DNA of 64,000 nt, from the NCBI GenBank assembly GCA_951406725.2, contig OX597814.1, positions 87,544,001 through 87,608,000 of the forward strand, in the 5' to 3' direction. Origin of the DNA: Octopus vulgaris (taxonomy: Eukaryota). Below the pieces are notes generated by a model. The model was not told where the DNA came from, ran no database searches, and saw only the letters and a program-made list of their open reading frames with translations. A program made the translations under genes and the position numbers. Positions 1-14,300 of this stretch are shown piece after piece (position 1 is the stretch's first letter; every line of letters begins with the position of its first letter).

Positions 1-3000
1 CGCCTTCAACATACAAACGTGTCTTAGATCCAAAACGTGTTTTGACAGAGTTTGTCACGTTTTTGTAATGCTTTATCCAATTCTTTACTCATATTCATTC
101 GCATTCAGAACATCAGAGTACGAAAACGCCTGATATTCGTCTTCTGCTAGTCAACACATTCAGTAAGGGGACATCAAAAATAAATTATCATGGAGGACCA
201 TTTCTCACCTGGCGATCCTGGGCAACCTTCCTATTCCCCCGATCTCATCACCTCTCAAACTGATCCCCACGTAATCCCACCTGATTCAGCATTGAATATT
301 TGCGGGTCCCAGTCGGAAACTGCGGATGTACCCTCGGCCTGTCAGCCTCCGGTTGTAAGTGATCGCTCATTACACTGTGTTATCCACAGCAGAAAGTCTA
401 AAGAGAGCGCTAAAAGTGGACTGCTACTTCCACTCTCAGAGCAGAAATGGCGATCCATCTAAAATGGCTCATCAAAACGCTCAAGTAAAAAAAATCCGTA
501 CATCCATTTATTACATCATCCAAAAGCTACCAGAAACATTTTCTGATTTGCACGGATACCACAGTGGTTGTTATAAAGATTTCACATCTATCACAGATGA
601 TGTTCAGCCTCTAGAAACGACTCCTAGTCTATTACCAAGAAAACGCAAAATACCAACAGTGGTGTCCACATCTTCTGCCGGCATTTACTCTCAGGTCTGC
701 GTATTCTGCGATTTGAAGCGCAAGTCAAAAGGCAGGAGTGGAGAAGAGAGTCTGACTACTTGTCAAACTTTCGATGCACAAGAGTCAATTAAAAAACAAT
801 GATGACACTGTGCTCCGAAAAATCGCTGGAATAGATATGATCGCTAAAGAAGTACCATCAAAGCTGTAAGAATATTTTCTCCAAGCACGCGCGGGCATTG
901 AAGGAAAAGGATGACAAAACGAGTGAACCAAAAGGACAAGCGATGGAATTACTTTCTGACTACATAAGGGAATACGTACGGAATCAGAAACGACCGGAAT
1001 TGCTGACATCCCTTTACACACGACATGTCGATTATTGCCAGGATGCCGGGGTTGATTCGTTTTCAACAGCTCAGTATTTGAGTAAATGGACCGTGCGAAA
1101 ATTCGAAAACAATATCAAAGTATAATCGCCCAAGCGTAAGAAATTAGGTGTGGTAGTCTATTCTGCTGCAGTCTAAGAGGACGCAGTAAGAACAGCGTTT
1201 GATTTCACTTCCTCCTCTGAGTATATCCTCAACCAGGCGGTGCTGTTGCTCCGGAAGGAATTGAAGAGTGTGAAAAAGCGAAACCTGAACCATCCACTGA
1301 CCATAGAGGCTTTACTGCACGGAGAAGGGGACCCTGCTGACTTGGTGAATAATTTCTACCGGAATTTTTATGGTAGTTTTGGCAAGCAAACCCCCAGTAC
1401 AATTCGTCGTGCTGATGCTTGCTAGTCAGGATGCCTTGTTTGTCGTTACGCATGGAGCAATCAAACTCCGCAAACACATCGCAGTGGGTATGGTTATGAA
1501 ATCTATGACAGGCAGCAGAATGGTGGTCACCCTCTTGGACTGTTATGGCTACAGCATCAATTATCATTGCGCAGACCAACTAGAGACTGAGTTGGCCTTT
1601 GCCCACAATGTGAAGCAAACCATCATCCCCGAGGGTGTACAACCAAACCGAGTAATGGGGAATGCCTACACTCGATCAGGTGCCGCAATGAACTTTTGCA
1701 ACAATACCAACGTGCAAGATTCGTTGCGAACTTGTGGAGAGATACCGGACAATTGTTGCTTGAACAACAACCAGAGTACGGATGGGAACTGATCGATAAC
1801 GAATACACGATCATCTGGTTCCAAGGCGAGCAACTGCCTGCCAGTCTGATAGAGGAAAGACCAGCATCACTGCCCATTGATGAGTTCAGTGATGACGAGG
1901 ATGATACCATGTTGACCATATCCTCTGGTGACGAGCGGTGAGACACCGGTACAGAATAAAATACACACTACAGTCGTCTAGATAATGGGGCGTCATATAC
2001 CAACACCTCTACTCTTTGGTGTAGACGTATTGATAGATTAAAAATGTCATGGCGTATGTATTGTTTAGAGGTAGTACAAAAATTTGAATATCTAGCGTTA
2101 AGTATTTACATATCTGATCATCAAATAAAACTTTGTTAATTCCAACAATGCGAGTAAGGGGTTTTGATGCTCACTCTTATACTTTCAATCCAATCTTGCT
2201 TTGTAAGCCGCGGTTTTGCCAGCAAACTAAAGCTGCCACATGGTATGTAAACGCTTCAATTCGTCGTTGGTTTCTAATACCCAGTTTGCATTTATGTGAC
2301 ATTTTTATCCAAGAGGCAAGTTGCCCTTTGTTGTAGTTTTAATCCATTTTTTGTTAGTAACAGTTTCTATTTTTGTGAAGTTTGTGAGGGACAAGTCACC
2401 TTTAAGAGAAAAATTACTGCTTTAAAAATTAATTTTATTCGAATGAACGAAAGCGACATGCATTATGTGTTGACAGAATTCAGCATCAGTGATGGAGGAA
2501 AGATTCGGATGCCATGCAATGGAAAATCAACATTTTTTCAGTTAAAGGTGTTTTTCCATATTCAATAGAGGAGGATATGTTAATTAGTCAAAATGCTTCT
2601 TAAATTAGGAATCCATACCTATCATTCTTACATACTATGATTATATTCAGTTTGACGAGCCGAATATTTTTGTGAAAGAATTTACACCGGAGCAGAAAGT
2701 CTAATTAAGACCTAATTAACGATCTAATTAAAGATTCCTTATTGTCTTCCAATACCTGGGATGTTTCTTAATTTCTTCCTTCCATGTTAACTGGGTCTAA
2801 GACATGTTTCTATGTTGCATTCATCACATAGCTTGAAAACAGTGTTTCTGTATGCTTCCTCTTAATTAGTGTATAGTGATTAGTAGAGAATGCTTCTTAA
2901 ATTAGAAATCCATACCTAAAATGGTTCTTAAGTGACATGAATAGATTCAGTTGGATTTAGTGAACATTTCTGCGAAGTAATTGACGCTGGAGCAGAAATT

Positions 3001-3312
3001 CTAATTAATTCCTAATTAAGTGTCTAATTAAAACTTCTTAATTTGTTTTTCCATACCCGTTATTGTTCTTAAGTTTTCATTTAAGTATCACTTGTGTCTA
3101 AGGAGTAATAGTCAATATGATTCATTACTGGAGCTTAAATTCTAATTAAATTAATTATTTATGCAAGTTGATTATCTCATAATTAGTTAATCAATACCTA
3201 AGCATACTTAAGAATCACGATTCATGGTATTAGGGCCGTTTGTACACATATTGTGCCTTGCTAGTATTTTGGAGCTTCAAGTCTTATCAAATCAGGACTG
3301 GCTCCTGCATTA
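1..3312 (+). mobile_element. Academ-type DNA transposon, internally deleted and degenerate; left end lies upstream of the window
   Basis: Frameshifted ORF pieces at 359-1941 carry Academ-like motifs (YHSGCYKDFT, CVFC, KHIAVGMVMKSMTGSR..LL..YGYSINYH, C-terminal QRARFVANLW..YGW..IIWFQGEQLP). The right end gactggctcctgcatta finishes at 3312. There are ~297-bp subterminal tandem repeats (~2590 and ~2890), and bases ~5-31 are an inverted match to ~2794-2823. Confidence 0.7.
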
Positions 3313-3867
3313 TAACATCACATAGCTCTTATACTGTTGATCACATTCTCATTGTTTGTATATGTGTCCATATAATACAATAAATTAAAAAAAGAATAGC
3401 CAATACCATTGTCCATTCCTTTATCTTTATTGCATTTTACCGCAAAGTAGACGTAATTCATGTTACAAAGTAGACGTAATTCATGATTGGAGTTGTGAAG
3501 TACCTGTTATCTTTTCAAAATTCTCCCAATTTCATTATTAATTGCATAATTAACTGATTAATCTATTAATGTTCCCTCAGGGTATTCTACTAGCCAATCA
3601 CGTGCAGGAAGCTACTGACTTAATAACCACGATCGATGTGAATCCAACGTGTATGTGTGTGTGCATGCACAAATATGTATGTGTGTATGTGTGTGCGCGC
3701 GCATTCGTGTTTGCATATGTATATACATTCATATACACTTTAGTGTTCGGACTAAATTTGACGATCTTTGTGTCTCCTTTTCCTTTGGAACAGCTTTCTA
3801 TTGGTGAACTTCAGCGGCGTTGGAGAGCATAAATATTAAAGTTGTAGTTGAGAAAAAGTTAGATGAC

Positions 3868-4490
3868 ATGGAGGACTGGAAACCATCTAAATGTTGAAAA
3901 AAGTTAACCTGTATCATGATGATTCGCGCCGGGGGTCAAAATGCTGACACCATGACTGCTTCTCAATGCTCTGTGAACACTATAAAAGCTATATAACTTG
4001 ACATGGACAGCTGCACCGGAGACTACGAAACCGTGGCCACTAGGAAGAGATGCAGAAGACACCCTGACTGTGTTTGTAAGCAAGAATTCATCCTCACATC
4101 TTTGAACAGGGCCTTAAGCTCAATTCAGGAGGTTATGTGAAACTGCAGGAAATTGGTGTCAGTCTCTGGCGGAAGAAGGTTGCTGCTGGAATTGTTCCTT
4201 GCCATACCTCTCCAAAGAGTCAGAAGTGGTTGTTAGAGAATTTCTACGACTTCACCAACCCCAATTTCTGGTCTACTAATTCCTCTGATTGTAATCCGAT
4301 GGATTACTATTAGTGGGAAACGTTTGAGAAAGACACCAACTGCTCTGCCTGCAACACCAAGTCCAAGCTGGTGGCCAAGATCAAGGAACTATCCGAAGGT
4401 CTTCTAAGGAACTCAGTGAGAAGTGCATGTGCCAGGTTCCGGAGCCGTCATGAGGCTGTAGAAGAAGCTGATTGTGGCTACTTTGAGTAA
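3868..4490 (+). pseudogene. Degenerate Tc1/mariner-superfamily (maT/DD37D-like) transposase remnant
   Basis: Manual translation gives PCHTSPKSQKWL..FWSTNSSDCNPMDYY*W...ACARFRSRHEAVEEADCGYFE*, matching the WPPNSPDLNPMDY and terminal RLEAVVEA.GG.FE pattern, with stops and deletions. Confidence 0.75.
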
Positions 4491-4783
4491 AATGAGGGAA
4501 TATGAGAGGAGGACGAGAGAACAAGGAGATAAAGATAGGGAAAGAAGAATGCAGGGAAAGAAGGAAAATTATAGAAATAAAAAAGTATAAGAAAATAAGA
4601 AAGACTAAGAAATACGATTACAAAAAAGGTGAGAAAAAGGTAGAATAAATAGAAAACAGGAGAGTGAACGCGACTGAGAAATACGACTAAAATGGAGAAA
4701 GCTTTCCAGAGAAAATCAGCAGAAAAAGTATAGCCGATTTCAATGGCAAGGTATAGCATTTAATTATGATCTTAATCGTAATT

Positions 4784-4925
4784 ATGCAACTGAAAAAATT
4801 GTCTCCCTGGGCTCTGTGTGCAAAACATGTGAAAAGAGTGGTGTTAGGAAGTGGGACAAGGAATCATTAGGTATGTGTTGTTCTAAAGGTAAAGTCCATT
4901 TACCAATAACTGAGCTTCCAGACTT
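4784..4925 (+). pseudogene. Helitron Rep/helicase N-terminal zinc-finger fragment
   Basis: Translates as IVSLGSVCKTCEKSGVRKWDKESLGMCCSKGKVHLP, resembling the C..C.A.KW..E..GMCC..GKV.LP motif of Helitron proteins. Confidence 0.55.
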
Positions 4926-5089
4926 ATAAACTTCTTCTTTTGGGTACCACTTCATAATCAGTGTGTGTGTGTGTGCGTGCGTGTGTTTGTGTACTTCTCT
5001 ACTTTCTATATTATAAATACCAGATATTACAATTCTGCAAATAAAAAGGTTTTCAAAATTGCAAATAATTGTTGTTGACAAAGATCCGG

Positions 5090-5306
5090 AGAAATTGTAT
5101 TCACCTCAATAGACGTCATTGATTGGTTGAAATTGCCGAAATGCAAGAAATTAAACAACAAATAGCTTACAAACTACAGAATTTTCTCAAGAAAGCCAAG
5201 AGAAAAAGATATTTTATGTAACACATTCTACCAGTATACGAAATTTTAAAATGTTTAGTTACAAAGAAATTATTTTAAAAATCTGCCGTTCAAAGCGAAA
5301 AGATCC
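5090..5306. mobile_element. Partial (one-arm) copy of the GGATCTTTTC-terminal foldback MITE
   Basis: Ends in gccgttcaaagcgaaaagatcc and is similar to 8470-8683. Confidence 0.6.
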
Positions 5307-6337
5307 CCAATATTTTTTAGCAATAATGTTGGTCTCATACTTTTTATGGTTTATTATGACAGTCTTTAACCCTTTAGAGCGTGCGCATTTTTCAATTCTA
5401 GTATATATACAATGTCTAAAAGACCGAGGTTAGATAAAATTAGCTTGATATGGTAAAAAAAAATAGATATGTTATGTCATATCAATTAAGGTGCTAGATA
5501 GAGGCTCAAAGAATTGACCGTGAGCTTCTATCTAGTGCATCAGTAGATATGAAAGAACATATTTTAATTTTTATTTAGCATACCAAGTTAATTTTATCCA
5601 ATCTCGGCTTTCCATACATTGTATCGATATTTTAATAGGAAATTCATCCTTCCAACAGACCGTCCGAAACTATTATAAGGGACTGAAATGCACGATTTGG
5701 GTGGAGGAAATGCAACAATTCGAATCGGAATAACAGACAAAAATTCACGAGTCGTAATCAAAAATATTTTGGGGAACTTTATCAGTCCGTTGGAATTCGT
5801 GTACCTGTTTAGCGTATTTTCACGACTCAATATCTAAGTATTTCGATTCGCTTAGCGGTGTTTAACAGCCACTCATATAAGAATTGCCATTATCGTAAAA
5901 ATGCCAGTGTTTGCATTTTAAGCATTATCAGTTTTATTCGTTGGAATTCGTGTACCTTTTTCGCGCATTTTCATGACTCAACATCCGCTAACTTCGGTAT
6001 CTATTTCAACTCATGCACAGATTTTTTAATTGGCATAACTACAGATTTCTGCACCCCCACCCCGACTTTGGATCATAACTTTCAGAAAAATGGACATTTT
6101 TTAATGAAATTTTCGACGAATATACTATTGAAATTTTGAAAAAAAACTTTTTCAGAATCGGATTCTCCATAACCAAAAACGTGGGATTCCGTAAAAAAAA
6201 AAATCAATACATATCCATTTTACCGGAAGTTATGACGGAAAAATCGGATCTTGTGGATTTTCCGAAAGTCCCCTCCCTACCCACTCCAGGGTCGTCAGCG
6301 CGCATTTTTTTATATTCGTTTTCTACATACTTGTGAA

Positions 6338-7267
6338 GGCGCTTTTTTGGAAGCGCACCTCTCCAAGGAAATGACGCTTACTTGTAAAAAAAAAGGAAAA
6401 TGGGAAATATATCCAGAATAAATGAACTATGCAAAAAAAATTAGGAAGATTCATCTATTTTAAAATATTTTATACGAAAAAATAAAACAAACGGAAAATA
6501 AAAACAACACTCGCGAATATAAAACAAACATGACGGACGATACAAGGGGCGGTAACTTACTTTTACCAGTCAGATATTATTAATGATACAAGGGATCCGA
6601 CAATATCATCTGCGAATTGTCAGAAGACCTTATTCTTGAAAGTTAGTTTACAACTATCATGTCAAATGTCGTGCCTGAACTGGAAATGTTTAATGCTATG
6701 ACCTTATTTCGTCTCGGAAGAGATTTGGGAGCAACGGAAAATGCTATTGACTGGTGTAGAAAATTTGGATTACTATCAAGACAAGAAATTTGTTGTGGAG
6801 TGCCTTAACTTGCATACATCTTAAACATATTTATAGATTGGTTTATGATTATTTCTGTTGTATCTCATAAAATGGGCGAAGGTAAAGCGAGTGCACACCA
6901 CCTAACTCTAATCCTATACATAAACCTAAAATTAACCCTAACCCTAAAACTAACTCTAACCCTAACCAGTGTGCGCAGTAAAAAATCTGATTAAAAAACA
7001 ATCAAGAATTTGCTAACGTTATTGTCGGGCCCCTCGTATCGATAATATCTGATACAAGTCACCGTCCCTTGTATCGTCCGACATGTTTGTTTATATTCGC
7101 GTGTCCCCGTTTTCCGTGTTTTATTTTGGTATAAAATATTTAAGAATAGATGAATCTTCCTAATTTTTTACATACTTCATTTATTTTGGATACATGTCCC
7201 ATTTCCATAATTTTTAAAAGAAATTAGGCGTCATTTTCTTGGAGAGGTGCGCTTCTAAAGAAGCGCC
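6338..7267 (+). mobile_element. Merlin (IS1595-like) non-autonomous element with long TIRs
   Basis: GG...CC termini and ~250-bp imperfect TIRs (ggcgct..gaagcgcacctctccaag). The 8-bp target-site duplication is cttgtgaa/cttgttaa. An internal mini-ORF at 6659-6808, MSNVVPELEMFNAMTLFRLGRDLGATENAIDWCRKFGLLSRQEICCGVP*, resembles a Merlin transposase N-terminus. Confidence 0.75.
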
Positions 7268-7919
7268 CTTGTTAACACCCACCAGGCTTGTTTATTTTTT
7301 GTTCCTAGTGAATATAAAGATCTATTATTGAACCTAGAAAACTCGTTATGCTAAAAATAACAGCTACAGGTCTGGTACACAGAAATATGTTATTAAGACG
7401 ACTTATTCGTTGCATACGATCTTGTTTTTCACTTTAAGTAAATTCTCAGGTAAACGTTTCTAATAGAAAGGCAGAAGACACCAGAAGCAAAAATTAATAA
7501 TATACACGTACAGTTAAATATAGAAGTGAAAAGTATAATTTGTTACATAATCTCTATATCAAACATGATACTGAATGGAATTAATTCCCCGTTTGAACTT
7601 TTTTAATTACATATGTGTGTGCGAGTGGTAGAAATCTACGGATGCACAAAACGGAGAAAATTATATAAATATGGACGACTTGTTCCGAAACACCCTTGAG
7701 TGGGGAACGGTTCTCAAAAATAACCCTTAGTTGTTTTCCCCACCAAATTCCTATGTTCTCGGAATCTACATAGACCAAGGTATATTTGTAGAGAATTTTG
7801 TGAAAGTTAAGACGAACTGAAGTGGACGCCGGTGAATTTTCCGAAATTCCCCACCCAACCCCTCCTAAAACACTTTCCCCACAAGTTTTGTATATTCGAA
7901 ATCTACGATATAGCACATG

Positions 7920-8683
7920 GGATCTTTTCCTTTTGAACGGCACTTTGTAACTATTTCTAGGTAACTAAAAAGTTTTAAACTTCATATACATCATTTTCTC
8001 TTGGCTTTATTGAGAAAATTCAATAGGTTGTAAGATATTTCGTCTGAAATTTCTTGCATTTCGGCAATTTTAACCAATCGCTGACGTCCATTTAGGTAAA
8101 TAACATTCTGTGCATAATGAATATGTCCCTCCTTTAAGAAACAGATTGGGTTTATTTACATTTGTGAAGAAAAAAGATACCCTTCCCCAACCCCTGACCC
8201 TAAATCTAAAATAGATTGAAATGCAATATATCGATACTAGGGCCATAATTATAGGTGACATTTTCATTTGACACCGCTAGAAAAAAATCCCATTTTCCGT
8301 AGCGGTGTCATATGAAATTGTCACCCATAATTATAATCCTAGTATCGATCTATTGCATTTCAATCTATTTTAGATTTGCGTTTAGGGGTGGGGGATGGGT
8401 ATCGTTTTTCTTCACAAATGTAAATAAACCCAATCTGTTTCTTAAAGGAGGGACATATTCATTATGCACAGAATGTTATTTACCTAAATGGATGTCAGCG
8501 ATTGGTTAAAATTGCTGAAATGCTCGAAATTAAAGACGAAATATGTTACAACATATAAAAATTTCTCAATAAAGCCAAGAAAAAATGATGTTTTATAAAC
8601 ACATTCTACCAGTATACGAAGTTTAAAACTTTTTAGCTACCTAGAAATTATGTTACAAAGTGCCATTCAAAAGGAAAAGATCC
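7920..8683. mobile_element. Palindromic foldback MITE with GGATCTTTTC termini
   Basis: The two ~360-bp arms are near-perfect reverse complements, which explains the mirror ORFs 8070-8267 and 8312-8509. It is flanked by gcacat[g/a], a 6-7 bp duplication. Confidence 0.85.
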
Positions 8684-8949
8684 GCACATATTCGTAGACA
8701 ATTTCATTAAAAAATGTCCATTTTTCTGAAAGTTATGATCATCCAAAGTCGGGGGTAGTGCAGAAATCTGTAGTTATGCCAATTAAAAAAATCTGTGCAT
8801 GAGATGGAATAGATCCGAGACGGGTTCCGCTAGTAGCTTGCAAAACTTGAAGTAGTACCGAAACTGAATACATGTAACTCCTACTAAATCAGTTAAGTGC
8901 TCCTTTCTCGTTTGTTCACTCATTCACATATCTTTGCGTTTTTCATTCC

Positions 8950-9110
8950 CCAGTGCTTGACAACCAGTGTTGGCTTGTTTATGTTCCTGCTTTAACTTAG
9001 CAATTCAGCAAAAGAGAACACGCTTAAAAAAATATGATTCATACAACTAAAACCCTTTAAGGTGGTGCCTCAGCACGGCCGCAGTCCAATGACAGAAACA
9101 AATTAAAGAT
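8950..9110 (+). mobile_element. Degenerate 3' half of an octopus tRNA-derived SINE (OR-type)
   Basis: Similar to 59845-60020 (tgcttgacaacc..taacttagc..ggtgcctcagcacggccgcagtc..gaaac). Confidence 0.6.
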
Positions 9111-9734
9111 TACAAAAAATGCGTGTGCGTGGTTTGTGGCGGGGGGGCTAGTGCACCGGATAATCTGCTTTTTGATATTTTTGCGGTTCTTTACAAACTT
9201 ATATTTGTTGTTATTTCGTTTTTAGATTGCAAGATTCTTTATGTGAGTTCATGTGTTGAAGCATTTTTGCTTTCATATCATTCCTGTACGATTAAATAAA
9301 TTGTCTGTAAAGCAAGTTAATTTTGCCTTTCATATTATTCGGGGGCGAATAATATTGCTGGCCTTGTTGCTAAACGAGAAACAATTATAATTTTATGTTA
9401 CATTCGTTTGTCTTTACGTTCTTAGTTCAAATTGTCCCGAGGTCAGCTTTGTCTTTCACCCTTTCGGTGTCCATAAATAAGTACCAAAACTTTCAGGATC
9501 TTGTGCTTATAAAGGAAGGATTATTCTTCGTTATGTTATTATTACAGATTTTGTCATATATGTATAACCTGCTCACTTTCTACACCGTTTAGTAACATGT
9601 TAATGATTTTTTTCATGGCAAACATGATTTCCACTATGAAATCATGACATGTTTAAAAACCGGTTTCAGGTCACTGCGTACAACTCCGAAAAGACAGCTG
9701 TATAAGTACCTCCAGAAAACCATATTACATTAAT

Positions 9735-9772
9735 ACATATAGATACATATGCATATATATATATATACATAC

Positions 9773-9803
<31 letters not shown>

Positions 9804-9850
9804 CATATACATATATATACATACATATACATATATATACATACATATAC

Positions 9851-9885
<35 letters not shown>

Positions 9886-9952
9886 CATACACATATATAC
9901 ATACACATATATACATACATATACATACATACATATACATACATACATATAC

Positions 9953-9991
<39 letters not shown>

Positions 9992-10037
9992 CATATATGC
10001 ACATAATTATATATACATACATACATATATGCACATA

Positions 10038-10071
<34 letters not shown>

Positions 10072-10205
10072 CATATATATACATACATACATATATATAT
10101 GCACATATATATATACATATATACATACATATGTATATATACACATAATATATATACACATACATATATATATATATACACATACATATATATATATACA
10201 CATAC

Positions 10206-10244
<39 letters not shown>

Positions 10245-10410
10245 CATATATATATATACACATACATATATATACACATACATATATATATATATACACA
10301 TACATATATATATATATACACATACATATATATATATACACACATACATATATATATACACATACATATATATATATACACATACATTATATATATATAT
10401 ATATATATAC
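9735..10410. repeat. (TA)n/(TACA)n compound microsatellite
   Basis: Seen directly. Confidence 0.95.
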
Positions 10411-10604
10411 ATACTACAAAATTAGAGAATGGAGAAACATACTTAAATCAGTAAAACATCAACTATCCGATGATACTCAATCCATACTTTAATACACCAT
10501 TACATATGAGTAAAGGCAATATATAAAATGAAATGAGATATACAGTAATAGTAAAAAGATAAAGAGATATAAGTAAAAAATTTCAAATATAATATACAAA
10601 TAAA

Positions 10605-10724
10605 TCAAAACTGACAGCTGTTTCGGCAGTGAGGACAGTCATACCTCATTTAACCTATAAGCCATAAAGGCAGGTATAAATGAGGCATTAACAAGGATGC
10701 CCCACGGCCTCTTCAGAGAATTAA
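10605..10724 (-). ncRNA. Type I hammerhead ribozyme with extended stem II (3' pLTR of PLE 1)
   Basis: Minus strand reads CUGAAGA-GGC...GCC-GAAAC-AGCU-GUC; identical to 15164-15283. Confidence 0.75.
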
Positions 10725-11057
10725 ATTAAATTTGTTATAATAGTGAAAAATATTATATAATCATATACATATAAATATAAAAATATAAAAATGTAAAATA
10801 TAAAAACTTATACATCATAATGCTACACTTATATAATATAATACACATTTGTACAAAAAGGAAGGTAAACAGAACAAAATAAAACAAAATATATAACAGT
10901 GTATATATTAATATTAATAAGTACCGATATTATACATATTTGGCTAATAGTTTTTTTTATAAAAAAAAGGCTAACACATATGGAGATGAAAAATAATAAT
11001 TAAATCCGTGGTACAGTTCATAAAATTCTAAAGCTATAAAAGTTAATAAAAATTACT

Positions 11058-11115
<58 letters not shown>

Positions 11116-12837
11116 TAATAAAAATAGATACAGTTAAGTTAGCACCAAGTCAATCCTTTCAAGATCGAAATAACTATGAGTTAAGAAATGCTGACCACTA
11201 GGTAAAGAAAATTTAGATTAATTCGATTGGCTATTGGTTTGAAATTTAAATCACAAAAGAAAATTATACGGTTGGTTAGTCAGGGAACGCCAATATTCAC
11301 ACACGCATCTACAGATCAATCGCACATACACACATAGTTATATGTATATACATACACTTATACACATACATAATCACAAGCAACAACTAGCACTTAGATA
11401 AACAAAAAGGGAAGCAACTATGCTAACATTTAGTCCTTCAAAATTATAACTGAGCCTCAATAACAAAAAAGAACCATCCATGCATTCTATAAAATATTTA
11501 ATTTAGATATAAATATATTTTTAAATATCAGTATGTTACTAATTCAGATAATTATTTCATGGGTAACTTAAAATTTATAACACCGGTTTGTTACATAGTA
11601 AACATACGGTTGTTAGGTTTATCGTAAGTTTGTTATGATTTTAAGTACGCTAAATTATAAAATATAAAATATAAAATATATATTAATTTAAATATTATAA
11701 ATAAGTCACTTATTAACTTAATAAATATAGTGCCATAATATACCAGTTTAGGCATTAAAGAATAGAAGGGGAAGTATTAATGTAAACGCTTATGAGAACA
11801 TCACAGAAATTTTAAATAAATTTTATATTATAAAGACTTAAGATGAAAAGAGATAAAATAAATAAGAAGGAATAAATACGAAGGAATAAATACGGTTATA
11901 CACATAATTATAAGTACAAACTAGTATATATGTATTCATATATTATTAAAATTAAATAAAAATAAATGATAGATATGTATGTATAAAACTACACCAGTAT
12001 AAGTAAATAAGTAAAAAATAAATAGGTAACAAATTAGATGACTTGATATGTATGTAAACATCTACACTTAAATAGGCAAATAAATAAATAAATAGAAGAC
12101 TAGATGCAAAGATTGATAATATTACAATAAAATGGAAAATAAATAAAAATAAATAAAGTGAATATATATGTTTGTATATGTTATATTGTTGAAAGTAAAT
12201 ATGTATGGAAGGATAGTTTAAAGTACAGATCCAGAGGACTATAGATATAAACTAAATATATGAGGCTGGTAATAATTATAAAGCAAAATGCATGTAAATG
12301 AGAAAATGAAAAAAATGAAAAAGGTTTATCAGTGAATAGCATAAGATACAAATTAAGGTGAGTACAAAAAGACCAAATATATAATAAAAACCTTCCAAAT
12401 AAACACATACAAAAAAAACCTATAATCTCAACCTAAACCCACCAAACTCACAAAAGGCTCTCATATATTACATATTATACAATATCATTACATTATCCAG
12501 AGCTAGGTATCTAACCAAGATATACATATATACTATGCAAAATATACTATGCAATATTGGAAAACTTCAAAAATCACACATTACAAGGCAAATACCAAAA
12601 TGAATATGTTATTTTATGTCATATTGCATTTCTCTTAAAAAACAAACAAAAACCCACATACAAAAACCAAGAAACCAATAATACTAGACACATCCATTAA
12701 TTATTATACAAATGTAGCTATAAAAATTATAAAATTATGAAATTTATAAATTGTATACTTTAGAATTATAGAAGACCACAGGTATATTTAGTTAAAGAAG
12801 GGAATTAAAAAATTAATAATAGTGGAAGTGCTAAGTT

Positions 12838-14300
12838 CTATTTGAATCTAGAAAAGGTGAATGGTAGCCTATGAATACAAAAGAAGTTTTTTTCATTAAT
12901 GTTGTTAATAATTTGCCGACCCGCTTTAATAATGAAGAAAATTTCATTAATACATAGAGAGCATTTTTTATTTTTTCCATTATACACAGGTGCTGAAGTT
13001 AGTATTTTCCAGTTTAATCTAAAATCTAAGTTCTTACTTTTAAGTTCCCAAATGTATGCACTTAGCCCTGTAGAGTACATTCTATTTTTATTCCTAAAAG
13101 TATATCTGTGATAATTCCATCTTTGTTTTATGCTATTCATAGTTGCCCCGATATACACCCTACTACTCAATTGTGTATCTACAGTGCATTGGTAAACTAC
13201 CTCCTTCCTGAGGCATTGATTACCAAATACACATTTATTTTTATTTCTGCAATTACAAAGATTAACAGAATGAGGAAATCTAAGATTGGACACCACCCCT
13301 ATACTACTATTCACATTATAAGTGTTACAATTGTTATCATCATCCAAACCCAAATTCAACGAATGAGTTAATTTCACATTATCGGCTATATTCCTATCAC
13401 TAGTACTAGTATTGTTAGTAGTAGTATGATCTATTACATTTATATTATCTCTGACAGGTATGGTGCACTCATTATTAGTAAGGAGATTGTTCCCATTTGT
13501 TCCAAGAAAGTTTCTATTCCTATTATTAATGAAGAGGGGCAAGTTTTCCTGGTCTAAATTCAATTTTCTATCCTTATAGAAGTGATCCAGTTTCTTGTTG
13601 TTAAAAGAGGAGATAATGGTGGCTAGATTATGAGTAATGCTATATCCCACTCTAACAGTACCGTTGTTAATTAAAGGACTAAATTTATTCCTATCCTTAC
13701 CAAAATGCCTAAAAATAACATTATGCAAAGCTCTCACTATGTTTGTTTTAATCTGCATTGCATACGGGATAATCAACCAAAGAGTATCCTTATCAGAATT
13801 AGGATTGCCTATAGAATTAATGTTATTTGTAAAAATCCTATTCGTAGACCAACTCATAGGATTACCATTCTTACCACTGTCATTGTTATATCTATCTATA
13901 TCAATATTACCATGGTTATTGCGCAAGTAAACTTTACCATTATCATGTCTACCATAAGTTTTAATTCGTATATTATTATTAATATTACTACTATTACCCG
14001 TATGTTTAGATCTATTTGAGCTACCGTTCACCTTTCCAAGGTTAACGTCACTTCTACATTTATTATAGGTGTTATCATATATTCTATTTTTACTATTCTT
14101 ATGTATATTGTTGATTATCCTAAATCTATTTGTGTTGTTCCTGATAGTTCTACCTCCATTAGGGGGTTCCCCTTAGGTATAAACCAAATCTTACTTTTAT
14201 ATCCTGCCTTAAGCAATGCTGCATTGTATCTATCACAGTGTTTGTTAAAAATTTCCTCGTTTGAGGATAAACTAGAAATTCTCTGACTAATGCTACGCAC
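12838..14300 (-). pseudogene. PLE ORF C-terminal part: RT thumb, Asn-rich linker and GIY-YIG endonuclease (interrupted at a stop near 14115)
   Basis: Motifs SISQRISSLSSNEEIF, CNCRNKNKCVFGNQCL, VVYQC...VYIGAT, CSLCINE...FCIH. Confidence 0.85.

Larger units (their letters stand above)
5995..8818. mobile_element. Outer non-autonomous element with inverted arms, hosting two nested MITEs
   Basis: ~5995-6122 is the reverse complement of ~8688-8818 (atgcacagattttttaattggcataactacagatttctgcac...). Confidence 0.5.

Noticed and set aside
6900-6967. Telomere or telomerase RNA template
   Set aside because: A short degenerate CCCTAA tract internal to a MITE; no other telomerase RNA features are visible.
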